DNA of 64,000 nucleotides, taken from the NCBI GenBank assembly GCA_050273025.1, contig CP158635.1:14322001-14386000 (forward strand), in the 5' to 3' direction. The stretch's first letter is position 1. Every line of letters begins with the position of its first letter. This DNA comes from Cenococcum geophilum (lineage: Eukaryota). The translations under genes and the position numbers were made by a program. The notes under the pieces were generated by a model. The model made no database searches, was not told the origin of the DNA, and saw only the letters and a list, made by a program, of their open reading frames with translations. Below, piece by piece: positions 27,201 through 38,690 of this stretch.

Positions 27201-28362
27201 TAGTTCTAGCCCTAAAAACTCTACTATAAAGTACCTCTTACAGCCAAAGACACAGCTACTATCTTTAGCCTCTAGAGTTCAGCAGCTAATTCAAAACTGG
27301 AAAATAGAGAGAATCTCTCTAGAATGGCAAAAACCGTGGTCTCCTCCTATCTCTGCATTCTTTTCTATCTCAAGGGGTAGTAAAGAAGAAGCTGCACAAG
27401 AACATTTAAGACTAGTAGAAAGTTTATAAGAATCCCTAGAGTGGGACCTAGTAGATATATACTATACAGATGGCTCTAAAGACAATAAATTAAATGCAGC
27501 TGCTATATGTAAAATAGGGGAGAGAAATAGGATTAAATATGCAACGAACTGGAATCTAGGACCCTATATGGAAATTATGGACGCAGAGCTCTATGCAGTC
27601 TATAGGGCCCTAGAACACCTAAAACAATAAAGACTAGAAGAGAAACAAGTCTATATCTTTATAGATAGCCAAGCGGCTATTAAGAGATTACAGCTTAATT
27701 CTCTTACAGGGGGGCAAGAACTAGTCTTTAAAATTACGCAAAGCTGTTCCTACTTAGCTAGTAAGGGGATCTCTATTAACTTCTACTGGGTTCCTAGCCA
27801 TCTAGGAATCTATGGGAACGAAATAGCAGATAAGCTAGTAAAAAAGGGCCTTTCTAGAAGAAAACTACAATCTTCTTATACCTCCTTAGCCTATATAGGG
27901 AGAGCGGCAAGAGAAGAGATACTAGAACAGTGGAAAAATAACTGGCAGCAGAATAGGAATAAAGGAAAACACTATACTAGGATCTGTAAAGGAAGCCATT
28001 CCTTTTCTCTTAAAGCCCCTAAGGATAAATATCCTAAAAGGCTACAATCGGCTTTCTTCCAGCTAAAGCTAGGAAAAGGCTATTTCAAATCCTTTACTAA
28101 AGTAATAGGAGAGGATAAAGAAGGTAGATGCTTTAGGGAATGTAGAGCACTACAAACCCCTAGACATCTACTACTAGACTGCAACCTATATAGGGAAGAA
28201 AGAAGAGAAATGCGAAAGAAACTAGGCTCTTCTCTCTCTCTAAAGAAGCTATTTTGTACACAAAAAGGAAGAGAGGCGCTTTTCCTATTTCTAAGTAGGA
28301 CAGGGATAGCTACTAGAAAGTGGCTAATAACAGCAGGATCTATAGGAGGTAACTCCTACTAG
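24274..28362 (+). pseudogene. LINE ORF2 (endonuclease-reverse transcriptase-RNase H) with premature stops
   Basis: ILVQEP, GDYNLHH..W, GSDH (APE); KAPGPDGI, YRPISLLNCLGK, GIPQGSPISP, YMDD (RT); YYTDGS, WVPSH.GI.GNEIAD (RNase H). Confidence 0.93.
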
Positions 28363-28679
28363 GCTCCTAGAAAAGAGATATTAGTAAGCAAAAGGACAGA
28401 AATAAATTACAAAAGGACAGGGAAAGGCGTTAGGATTTCTTATTTTCTTATAGTTTTCTACCGTTTTCTCATTCCCTAGTAGTTGCTTGTAACTTAGTAT
28501 TTTACTAAGGAACTATAAACCCCTAGTTTAGGGGCTTATAAACTACTAGGACATAGTTACTAGTATATGTTAAGCTGCCCTAAGGGATTCATGTATATAG
28601 GACTATAGCGCCATAGCCTAGAGGCTGTATGCGCAGTATTGTACGTAGTATAATACAATGGATATAAAAAAAAAAAAAA

Positions 28680-29330
28680 AACCCCAATTAGTCTATATTT
28701 AAGCAAGAACTGCCTTCTATTATAGCTTTAAGTCCAAAAATAGATACCTTAAAAACAGTTCTTACTTAGCTAGGGACTAACTATAAAGGTTATCCTAAGA
28801 AGTTAGTTATCTTTACAGCATTCCTAGTAGCCGCCTTTATTATTTATCTAGTACGTCTTATCTATTCTTAAAGCAATATTTTTATATTCTAACACTAGAT
28901 TAGTATCTTCTTAATAGGTACAGACTAAGTAGCTGCGAGTTAGTTAGCGGTAGGCTTAAGATAGAAGAAAGGGAGACAATTATTAAAGAATTTAAAAATA
29001 ACCCCACTTTAAGATTTCTTATATTAACTACTAGCCTAATATCTAAAGTATACACTCTAATTAGAGCAAGCAAAGTGTTCATATTTAAGCCACAGCTACT
29101 ACCTATAGTTAAAGCTTAAGCATTTAGACGTGCCTATAGGATTAAACAGCTAGAAGATAAAGTTATAAATATTAGGGCTGTATCTAATAAGGTTAATATA
29201 GAGGTATATATTTAGCAGTGGGCTAAGAAACATAAGATCTTTATACTAGGTGCTTTCTCTAGAGCGCTAAAGCATTATATTAAAAAGAAGCGCCTTTCTA
29301 GTGCTTTACTACTTAAGATTACTTAATATG
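28680..29330 (+). pseudogene. SNF2-family helicase-like cargo gene, copy 2, 3' part (helicase C)
   Basis: De-RIP: KKLVIFTAFP...ERETIIxEFxNxPTLRFLI...YTLIRASKVFxFEP...EAQAFGRAHRIxQ. Confidence 0.8.
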
Positions 29331-29769
29331 TATTAAAACCGGGTTCCACTAGCAAGGTTATATAGTAGGGTATAAACGGTTTCTTCTATATACTTAACTA
29401 GCTTAATTAATACTACTAGCTAAGTAGGCACTGCCTCTACAGTATACTAATTATAATATATTTTATAACACCTAGCTCTAAGTATATATAATAAAAATAT
29501 TATAGTTATTACATATATATAAATATTATAAAAGAGGTAATAAATATAATATTTGCTAATATAATATATTATAAATATTATAAATAATCGGTAGATATAC
29601 CTATTTAGGTTTAGCCGCTATACAACTCCTTTTTCTTTACGCTAACCCCTACTTAATTATAATAACTACTACGAACTACCCAATAATAATTAACAGCACT
29701 ATACTGGGTATTTACGCGTAAATAGAATAACAATCTAAACCTATATCGCTTTCTTTAGTATATAAGGCC

Positions 29770-30810
29770 CATGCGATAAAGAACTAGTTAGTAAAGTTTA
29801 TCTACCTAGGCCTAAAAATTAATAAAATATTATATAGCGATATTTATTCCACTATAGAACAGGGACTTACAGACATTTAAATGCTTAGTTTATAACTAAA
29901 TAAGGTCAGAAACTGGTCAAGACTTAATTAGGTGTTTTATAGTATAATTAAAACATTTTCTACCGTTTTTACAGGCATACTAGAACCTTGGCAAAGTAGG
30001 TATTTATCCGCAATTACCTAAAAATATAACAATAATCGGAAGCGTTAAGTATTAGACAGAGTAACAACCCTAGCATAAATTAAGTCCGTTACGTATTATC
30101 TTAAATTAACTAATACACACCAACCAAGCAAAAAAGACCTAGAGTTAGTTACTCAAAATAGCCTTATATTTAGAACAGTGCAAACTAAAGTAGTCTATAA
30201 AGGAGATAGCCGGGAAATACTATATAGTTATAGATACTTTACGGCCGGTAGTATACTAGATAATAAAATTACGTTAACCGATCTAGACTTTAGTCTATTT
30301 ACTAGCGTACTTTTAGAAGATATTAACTTTAATCCCATAAAATATAGAATTTTCTATTATAATAGCTAAGGAAGGGAGATAAAAGTTCTTACTAAACGAA
30401 CCTAGAGGGCTGCTATAAATGAAATGTATACCAAAGGACTTAATCGTTTTTATTTTATAGTAAGATACAAAAACCAAGGTAAGATAGATTATATAAGTAA
30501 TTTTAGCAATATTGGAAATATTCTAACGCATTTAAATAGGTACACTATACCCGGCTACTGCACCTATATATATCAAAACTATTACACCACAAGCCGTTAT
30601 AAGCAACTTATTGTCAAAGCTACCTAAAACATAACTAAAGTTAGAAAGAAATCGTTCTAAGCCTAGGGGTTTAAGGGCATCTATACAGGAAATCAGTAGT
30701 ATACTTAGACCAACGGTTTCTATATATAAAGTAGAATTAGCGAGTAATAAATTAAAGCGGAAACGGGAGACCTCCGTTTAGCCTAAGAAAAAAAAACCAA
30801 AGGCCTAATA
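29770..30810 (+). pseudogene. Unknown cargo gene, RIP-decayed
   Basis: Residual in-frame ORFs 30178-30369 and 30424 onward, separated by a RIP-type stop; GT-AG intron at ~30479-30539; no family recognised. Confidence 0.4.
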
Positions 30811-31099
30811 TTATATTTATATTATACCAACTATCTTACGCACTATACTATATTTTATATACCCAATATTTCCAATATAGTGTCAATATATACACAGTTA
30901 TGCATATTATGCTAGCTCGGCTAGATATACTAAATAGCTTAACCTAAGTAAGCAGGGCTTAAAATTAAAAAGCCCCTTTGCAATTTTTACTTTTCTCCTC
31001 TCTCTTATTAATAATTTACATTAGTACTCTTTCCATAGGCCATTAAATATATCTTTAACACCAATATATTAAACCAACACTATTCTCTACTATAGCTAA

Positions 31100-32700
31100 A
31101 TCATCCAATATATAGGTTATTGCAGCGTCTAGCAGCCAGGTGCGACTTATATCCGCTTTATAATAGTAGCATATAGCTAATAAGGTAAAGCCTATAGTTT
31201 TAGTAAGACTCGCGCATATCTAAGGACGAATCCGATAGTGATAAGATTCCACTACACCCCTATCGCCCTTAAGACACTCATCGCCGTAGGACTAATATAA
31301 CTTAACATAAGCTTAAATCTGCCACCTATTCTAAGTCATTAGTTTAGAAAACAGTAAGGCCTATATACCTAGCATATAGATTAACCATTTACCTGCGTAT
31401 ATAGGGTTATTATAATATATTGCCTAATAAACGCCATTATTAACTAAGCACTACTAAGGACGGAAGTATTAACGGCACAAAATAATCGAGACACGAACTA
31501 GAACTACTCTGGCAGGGAGTATAACAGCGGGCTAAGTTTAACTCTACACCCATACACGCACCTATACTAGCCTACACTAGGCTACTTATATAGGCTATAG
31601 TTATAATAGGCTACTTTAATCCTTCCTATAGACTCTCTTTATGGCCAGAAAGACAGAAGTCGGGCGTTAACGCACTAATTATTAATACTTAGCGAAAGGC
31701 TGGTTTGAATAATTAGGGGCGTATATTTAATAATATTCGGCCTCTACCTAAACTAAAAGAAGCTTATAGGGCAAGTCTTTAAAATCTACACCTCCTCCTA
31801 GCAATATTTAAAGTACTACTAACATAGTATATATCGTAAAACTATAGTTATTTAACTATATCGGCGACTTTAGATTATATATTCTAAGTAATATTCGTGC
31901 AGTTATATATATATATTATCTATTCCCTAATACACTAAATACCTAAGCTCTAGTCTTTTAACTACTTAAAGATAATATATTTATATACGCATATCTAAAG
32001 CTTATAAGCCCTACTATACACTCCTAGAGTTTACCTACTAATAATAGAAGGGGAAACAATAATTCGCAGCACCCGTAATCATTAAGTGTATTACTTAATA
32101 CTTTTTTAACCTAAACTTAAAAGGCCTAGCTTTACATCCCTAGACATCTAAGTATTTTCACCTACTTTCGGCTTACACTATTATACTAATTACTACTTAT
32201 ATTTAACATGCACTCACTAAATATAAAAAGGGAAATTTGCGGTAAATAGTTAAAGTAGATATAATAGAAGAACTAAACAGTATAAGCAATACTCTAATCT
32301 ACCTATATATTATAAGATATTAATTTATAAAGCAATATACTATTAAATCTGAAAGATATAGGACGCGCAAGCTTCTAATAGAAAAGTTAAACTACTACAG
32401 GTAATAGCTAGTCTTATTTAGAAGCAGATATACAAGACCGGTAACCCAGTTGAAAATACGCATATAGTATATAATCCATACGCAGATAATACCGATAATC
32501 TAGATAAGCTTAAGCCATATACAACCTAGCACAAGTTTAAGTTCTTAGTAATAGATGGCTTTCCTATCTCTAGTAACGATGACTTAGGGCCTACTAGTTC
32601 TTCCTCTTTTACTTATATAGATAAGGTAACGCTAGTAAGAAGTAAAGATTCGGTTTTAGATTAAAGAGTAAGCAAAAGCGCATTTTTAATTATTATATTA
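31100..32700 (+). pseudogene. Cargo gene with DUF6532-like C-terminal region, RIP-decayed
   Basis: De-RIP ~32060-32240: FAAPVIIECIxQYFFDPN.KGL...SKYFHPLSAYTIxLITTCIQHALTEYxKG, resembling the DUF6532 pattern from memory; needs HMM confirmation. Confidence 0.4.
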
Positions 32701-33089
32701 ATAACTTAACCAGGGCACTTTACGTTTAACCCTAGTTTCTTCGCCGCCAATAACTATAGATAGCCCGCCTATCCAAAACTATAAGGCTTCTCGCTTTAGG
32801 GTTACTTAGTATTATAACTTAAATAATAAACCGTATATACTTAATGTACTATATATAATAACACTAAATAGACTGTAAAACTTACTAGGTGTTAAAGAAG
32901 AAGATTTTCTTTAGTATACTCTTAGAACGAGGGAAAAGCTACTAGATAATAGTAGATTTAATATATTTTTAGAGTCTGTGTAGTAAAAGGAAAATAGCAA
33001 TATTAAAATAAGGCTAGGATTGCCTAAAGATAATAACCCAAATATATAGTTACTTCCTCTAAGGTATATAGATAATATTTCACTTTCCA

Positions 33090-33790
33090 AAATATTATAA
33101 TTATTACGGTCATAAAAAATATTGCGATTATTGCAGTTATAGAAAATATTGCGACTATTATAGTCGTGGGAAATATTATAACTATTATAGTCGTGGGAAA
33201 TATTATAACTATTGCAGTTATAAGAAATATTGCGACTATTATAGCCATGGGAAATATTACGACTAGTGCAATCACGGGAAACATTATAAATATTGCAACT
33301 ATTGCAGTTGTGGGAAATATTACACTTATTACAGTCGTAGGAAATATTACAACTATTACAGTCGTGGGAAATATTGCAACTATTGCAGTCGTAGGAAATA
33401 TTGCGACCATTGCAGTCGTAGGAAATATTGCGACCATTACAGTCACGGGAAATATTGCGACCATTGCAGTCACGGGAAATATTATAAATATTGCAGTCGT
33501 AGGAAATATTGCAACTATTGCAGTCATAGGAAATATTGCGACCATTGCAGTCGCGGGAAATATTATAAATATTGCAGTCGTGGGAAATATTACAACTATT
33601 GCAGTCATAGGAAATATTGCAACCATTGCAGTCGCGGGAAATATTATAAATATTGCAGTCGTGGGAAATATTGCAACTATTACAGTCGTAGGAAATATTG
33701 CGACCATTGCAATCGCGGGAAATATTATAAATATTGCAGTCGTGGGAAATATTGCAACTATTACGGTCATAGGAAATATTATAATTTTAA
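33090..33790. repeat. Subterminal tandem array of the Plavaka element
   Basis: Repeated GGAAATATTGCRACYATTGCAGTCGTR 27-mers with variant units (ATTATAAATATT), all multiples of 3; ends ~140 bp from the right TIR. Confidence 0.9.
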
Positions 33791-33929
33791 GATATAAGGT
33801 TGCTAAAGTAGCCCCGGGCTAGCGTAAAGAAGTATACATAAGCAGATCAGCGGATCCAGCTGAAATGACCCCGGGCCAGCCCCGGGCTAGCCCCTGGCTA
33901 GCCCCAACCACTCTCCCGTTTTCCTAACG

Positions 33930-34270
33930 TCCTCTATACTAAATAACCGCTAACTAAACCGTTTAATAACCTGTAGCACTTAATATATCTTATTTAACGT
34001 ATACTGCACGTCCTCCCTTATAACCTTAAGCTGGTCCTTTACTAGCTTATCCTTATTAACGTTAAGAACGCGTATAAAGTAGATAGGTAGCGGTAGTTTA
34101 GGGGAGGACTCTAGTGGGGGATTTTCCTATATAGTCAGCAGCTGGTTAATAGAGGAAGGGCGGAAACCTACAGTTATAACGTTATATATCGCGACTTTTT
34201 GCCTAACTTCCTTAAAAAAATATATAGGTGTTTTTAGTGGTGGCCTTCTGCAGTATTTCATCGGCATCGC
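33930..34270 (-). pseudogene. Second (convergent) coiled-coil ORF of the piggyBac-like element, 5' part; continues at 7896-7750
   Basis: Removing the Plavaka insertion gives a continuous frame REDVQYTL...FSxEDxLKAVEKDLKEAKQDAALK across the TCC TSD. Confidence 0.5.
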
Positions 34271-34453
34271 AATATTGACGCGCTTTGGTGAGGCTTGCTA
34301 ATAAAATCACGCTAGCTAGGGTGCCTGCAGCATGCTAACCCAGGCAGGAGCGCCTAAAGCGCCCAATACGAAAAGTCCGTTTTACCAGACGAAGGGATAA
34401 AGGTTAGTAATCAAGCTCCAGTCCAAATTTGCTCCAGCCCAACAAGATCACTG

Positions 34454-34989
34454 CATTCACGTCCACCTCGGGCGTGCTCTGCAACCGTTGTAGGCATTCA
34501 TGTATCTTCTGGACAGTCATAGCCTTTACCGTGTAAGACGTATATGTCCGCTCCTGCTTGAACGAGAAGACGAACTATCGGCCATTCAGGAGGACGCAGT
34601 TGGTTACCCGTTTGGAATAGTTTTATCTTGATATGAAATATAGCTTCGATGAGAGGGGGAGCGTGGCTAAATGTATTGTTAGGATGGAATCCAACAGCTA
34701 GTAAGGATTTAAGCGAGTTCCAAAATCTTAGGCCTGGCTCTGATCCTTCCACAAGCCCGTTGAAGTTGGAATTTCTTTTCGTCCTCCACGTTCTATAAGT
34801 TCCACAATGATAGAATGGATACGAATTCAAGTACGTCTTCTTCACCACTTTTCAACGCTGGAACTTAGCCTATATATTTATTTGAAGCTAGATTCAGGAG
34901 AAATGTTTTAAATAGGCTTACCAAATCTTCACAGTAGGATCTGCACCTACCGTGAGCTAGTATTTACACATACTGACTTGACCACTAGC
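34454..34989 (-). pseudogene. Middle part of the disrupted ankyrin host gene
   Basis: IVRLLVQAGADIY ankyrin-like motif in ORF 34498-34848; after an in-frame TGA it continues MPTTVAEHARGGRE into the TSD. Confidence 0.7.
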
Positions 34990-35004
34990 TGCTGCTTCCT
35001 AATA

Positions 35005-36652
35005 TTCATTCATTGCCTAACATTCGATTCGGATCCCTGTCGAGCCCACGCGGACTACACCTTATATGCATGTGGGGAGAAAACTCTATGAGAAAACCCC
35101 GTATTCTATCTCTCCACCTTTAGGCCCCGCCTGCGTGGCGCCTGTGAGTCGCCTGCGAGTCGCCTATGGTCCTCTATATCCTTACTCTCGATCTCCCTGG
35201 TAACCGCCTTAAGGCCTCTTCGTGTTAAGAGTATAGTGTTATAGTCCTTTGTACCCGCTACTAAGAGCATTGCCTCTTAACTGGTGCGTAGGGCGCATAG
35301 CGTTATGTACTTCGGTGTTTGCCTTACCTAACCGCATTCGCACCCCAGGTTGCCTACTAGGACCCCTATCCCATAGAGCCAGTCTTTTAATCCTATTACC
35401 CCTATCCCTATTAGCGTTGCTATTATATTTTCTGCCTTTGTTAGCCCTTAGTGGAGTCCTTAGGCGTTTACCCTCCATGGCGTTAGCCATGCTATGGCTT
35501 ACTTCCTTCTCGCCTGTATCTCCCATGTGACTCTTCAGTGTTAGTTAATCCACTGCTGTATTGCATTGGCTGGCTTTCTAGTATTCTTTCGCGTTCTACT
35601 CTGGTTCCTTTCTCTTTCTTGTCCTTGCTCTTATTATTAGCCCCCTATATATCTCCTTTACTTCTGCACGCGGGCCTAGGCCTTAGTACGGCGCCATTCC
35701 TCTTCTGCTTTTTCTGCCCGCCCTACTAGTACTTCTCTACTCTAGGGTTACTGGGGAGTCCTTCCTTGGGGGGCCCTGGGGCCTCTCTATAGCCGACTTA
35801 GGCATGTCTTAGTGTACTTTATGACGTTATAGTTGCGCTCCTTTAGCGCCCTTTGTATTACGGTAGCCTGGATATACAGCCGTAAGGGGGGTATATTCGT
35901 TTCTTTCTTAAGCAGTACTGTGTCCGTTCGCTTATACCCGCCCGTTATTCTCTAGAGGTAGGCTACTTAGACCTTCTGGAGTGGCTTAAGGAGCGATTTA
36001 GGGGGGCCCTTCTCGGTTTCTCCAATGACCCAGATGCTAGAGCCGTATATTATGGTTAGCCGGATAACCGCTGTATATAGTAGTCGTGACCTCTGGAAGC
36101 ATGGGCCCTATGTAGAGTTAACGATCCTAGACATTACGTTGAACTGTGTCTGGCCCCTATAAGCCGCCTACTTTGCATGTGCGCTCCACCGGAGCTTGCT
36201 ATCTACCTATACGCTAAGTACCCTTAGCCCTTGGACTGGTTGTCCCCCAAAGCCTTAGATACGTATTATATGCTAGAGGTCTGCAAATTGGTTGCGTTTC
36301 CTTATAAAGTGGATTAGTTAGTATTTCTCCGGTGTAAAGCGGGCTCCATGTCGCCTTACCTACTCTATACACGTATTATGGGCTTTTTCTAGTGTCCTGC
36401 AGTTTTCTGCGGCTGCTGGTCCGTATGTAATTAGGTTCGTGTTGTCGACGAAGCCTATCCCCTAAGTCACCCCCTCCTCGAAGGGTTCGAGTAGGTCGCC
36501 TGCGAAGAACAGGAAGAGTATAGGCGAGAAGGGCGATCCCTGCGGTATTCCTGTTGCAACTGTAGTGGGGGGGCTCCGGTACCCACTGAAGACTAGTGAG
36601 GTTTCTCTTTGGCCTAGAAACCCCTGTATAAATCGTAAGGTCTACTCTGGGA
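35005..36652 (-). mobile_element. 5'-truncated Tad1-like LINE of a different family
   Basis: Minus strand VATGIPQGSPFSPILFLFF...GFVDDTNL...LEKAH...RHGARF; short (AATG)n 3' tail; 15-bp TSD TGCTGCTTCCTAATA at 34990-35004 and 36653-36667. Confidence 0.9.
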
Positions 36653-36667
36653 TGCTGCTTCCTAATA

Positions 36668-38690
36668 AAAAAAAAGCTTTAGCAAACCGCGACAGAATAC
36701 CTCATCACGAGCAAAGTGTTCTGGACCATAAAAACAAAAATATCCTGGCATTATAGAACATACAGCCACGGCTTGGTGAAGCGAACTGTCCCGGAATTTA
36801 ATTGAGATAACACCAAGGACCTTATATTTTAATTAGACGATAACAGAAGTAATGCATACATGAAGCAAAGTGTAGCCGTCAGAGTCTTGGTACTTCGGGC
36901 TTGCTAATCCCTGTTCGAACGGGCTTTGAACCGCGTTTATGTTACCGTTAACGACGGCTCGTCATACCGGAGCATCATCAGGAATAATAGGGAACGTGAT
37001 GGAAAGCAGAGCAAGTTGATAGTATCCTTGCCGATTCGGCATTGATGAATACAATATTGAGAGGCCCGGTGGACGGAAATAAGTTTAGGAGGGCCGAAAT
37101 TGAATACGAACAGTAAAGTCAATGCTATCTCTAGTAGAATATATCATCCTCCGATCCATTGTTATCACCTCTATGAACGCGTTCCCGGTGCGCTATTCAA
37201 AGTTCCATGGACATTTGAACGGGTTGTAGGTACGAAGGGATGATCCGGGGTATCCTTGATACTTAGTATGTAGTAGCTCAAAGATTCCCGGTCAGGATCC
37301 GCACAGTAACCCTTGGCAGTAACTTTTACTGTCCGAATCGTTTGGCAAGTTTAATTCCGCCGGTATAAAAATAGTGGCTTAAAGCTTATTTTTTAGAGTT
37401 ATAGATTAATTAAGCACAGTTTATCTTTATATACACCTCTGTACGCCTCTTTATTTCTACGCTTCTACTTCTTCCTACTCTATACGTCTCTCCCTTCGTA
37501 TTCCTATGCAAGAGAGACACGAGCGGAGATATAGGTGGAGACGCAGGCAGAGACACGGGTAGAGACATAGGCAGAGACGCAGGTAGAGTTAAGAGTGAAA
37601 TAGAAGGTGGGGGAGGAGGAGAAGCAGTAGAAAAGGGGTGGCTAAAAGGAGAATGTCAAAGCTTAAGCACTGTTCATCTAGACCCACCTTCCTACCTAGG
37701 CGGGCTTTCTGGGCAACCATCTGATTTGAATGAATCATTTTCTGTTGGCAGGACAGGAGGAGGTCCTGGGGGAAGTCGCATCTCGTGATAGGTTGGAGCT
37801 AATTCGATCAATCATGGCATCGATTCGGCGAATGGGAGCTTCATCACGGGTCCGAGATTTGGCTAAAATCTCCTCCTTAATCGGTTCCAGTGCGTGTTGT
37901 AACAGGAAAATAAGTGTAGTTGAAGTGACATCACGCTGTCTTGTGCTAATAGCATTAACAACTTGTTTTATTTCCTGCCATGTCCTGTATTATCCTTGTC
38001 ATGTCACTGAAGAGGATTTATTGAGTTGACTGCGCCTGATTTCATGCTTAACACTATCTAGGCCCTGAGAGAGGCTTTGGTGATGGAGACCATTTCAATT
38101 TATAATTGCTTGGCTCTCCATATGCATTTTCTGTCTCTTCGGCCCTGCAGACTATGCTGACTATGCGATAGTCAGCCTAACGACGAAACGCTGTAGAGTT
38201 TATATACTTTAGACTAGGAAGCGGTGCTTACCGTCTGATAGAAGACAATGCAACCGTTAGACTAGTATTACGACTATCGAACCTTTTCGTAATATCTTCT
38301 ACCCTCTTCTTATGTTTTATCCATCTAATCCCTTGCGGCAAATTTGTCGAGAAGACTTTGCGAAGAATTTCTCGCAGCATATTGACGTCATCGCGGAAGC
38401 CCCTGATCGCTCCGGTAGTATTTCCCGGAAGGATTTTGAACTGCTGAACTCATTGATATAGTTACGGAGGGTCTGGACGTTTGATTCGACATCTTGGAGA
38501 GCTATAAGAATGAAAGCGTTAGTATGTTCACAAGCTTACTGAAAGATGGCTGGTTCACGGTTTCTCAACTGCCGTATTTCCTTTGGCGCATCCCTGGCTG
38601 CAGGATGCCATACGCCTCGTGGCTGAAGCGCAAAGCTACGTCTGCGAATTGGACAATGCTGGCGGCGCTGCCAAGTGCGGTCGGTCAGCG
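36668..38690 (-). pseudogene. 5' part of host gene: fungal STAND N-terminal (HeLo-like) domain plus ankyrin repeats, degenerate
   Basis: ALGSAASIVQFADVALRFSHEAYG...RDAPKEIRQL (~38560-38680) and FPIIPDDAPV*RAVVNGNINAVQ..FEQGLASP..QDSDGYTLLH (~36860-36995); stops and frameshifts. Confidence 0.65.
37293..37410 (+). repeat. Dispersed repeat (longer copy), probable end of an unclassified non-autonomous element
   Basis: Homologous to 16272-16355; followed by short GAGAC-containing 12-mer repeats at ~37510-37590. Confidence 0.6.

Larger units (their letters stand above)
22015..28679 (+). mobile_element. Full-length Tad1-like LINE (non-LTR retrotransposon), lightly RIPed
   Basis: gag ORF1 plus APE-RT-RNaseH ORF2, poly(A) tail ~28666-28680, TSD AACCCCAATTAGT at 22002-22014 and 28680-28692. 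Confidence 0.95.
7897..33929. mobile_element. Giant Plavaka (CACTA-like) DNA transposon with cargo genes; 26 kb, ~19.4 kb without the nested LINE
   Basis: TIRs CGTCAGGAAAACGGGGAGTGG / CCACTCTCCCGTTTTCCTAACG; 3-bp TSD TCC at 7894-7896 and 33930-33932; Plavaka transposase next to the left end; subterminal repeats. Confidence 0.85.
5290..34396 (+). mobile_element. piggyBac-like DNA transposon, RIP-decayed, interrupted by the Plavaka element
   Basis: TIRs CCCTTCGTCTGGCAA / TTACCAGACGAAGGG, with inner GGACTTTTCGTAT / ATACGAAAAGTCC; piggyBac transposase remnant inside. Confidence 0.85.
5174..34453. mobile_element. hAT-like MITE (~170 bp of its own sequence), outermost layer of the nested stack
   Basis: TIRs CAGCGATCTTGTTGG (5174) / CCAACAAGATCACTG (ends 34453); perfect 8-bp TSD CATTCACG at 5166-5173 and 34454-34461. 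Confidence 0.85.

Noticed and set aside
33090..33790. CRISPR-like array
   Set aside because: No unique spacers, no cas genes, eukaryotic context.
33024..33822. Two long overlapping ORFs (248 and 218 aa) of hydrophobic repeats
   Set aside because: By-product of a tandem array with unit lengths divisible by 3; open on both strands, no unique domain.
7897..33929. Starship element
   Set aside because: No DUF3435 tyrosine-recombinase captain recognised; it has symmetric TIRs, a 3-bp TSD and a Plavaka transposase.
5300..34400. Centromere, or horizontally acquired/organellar AT-rich DNA
   Set aside because: AT richness is explained by RIP (TpA excess) on identifiable nested TEs; centromere function cannot be judged from sequence.
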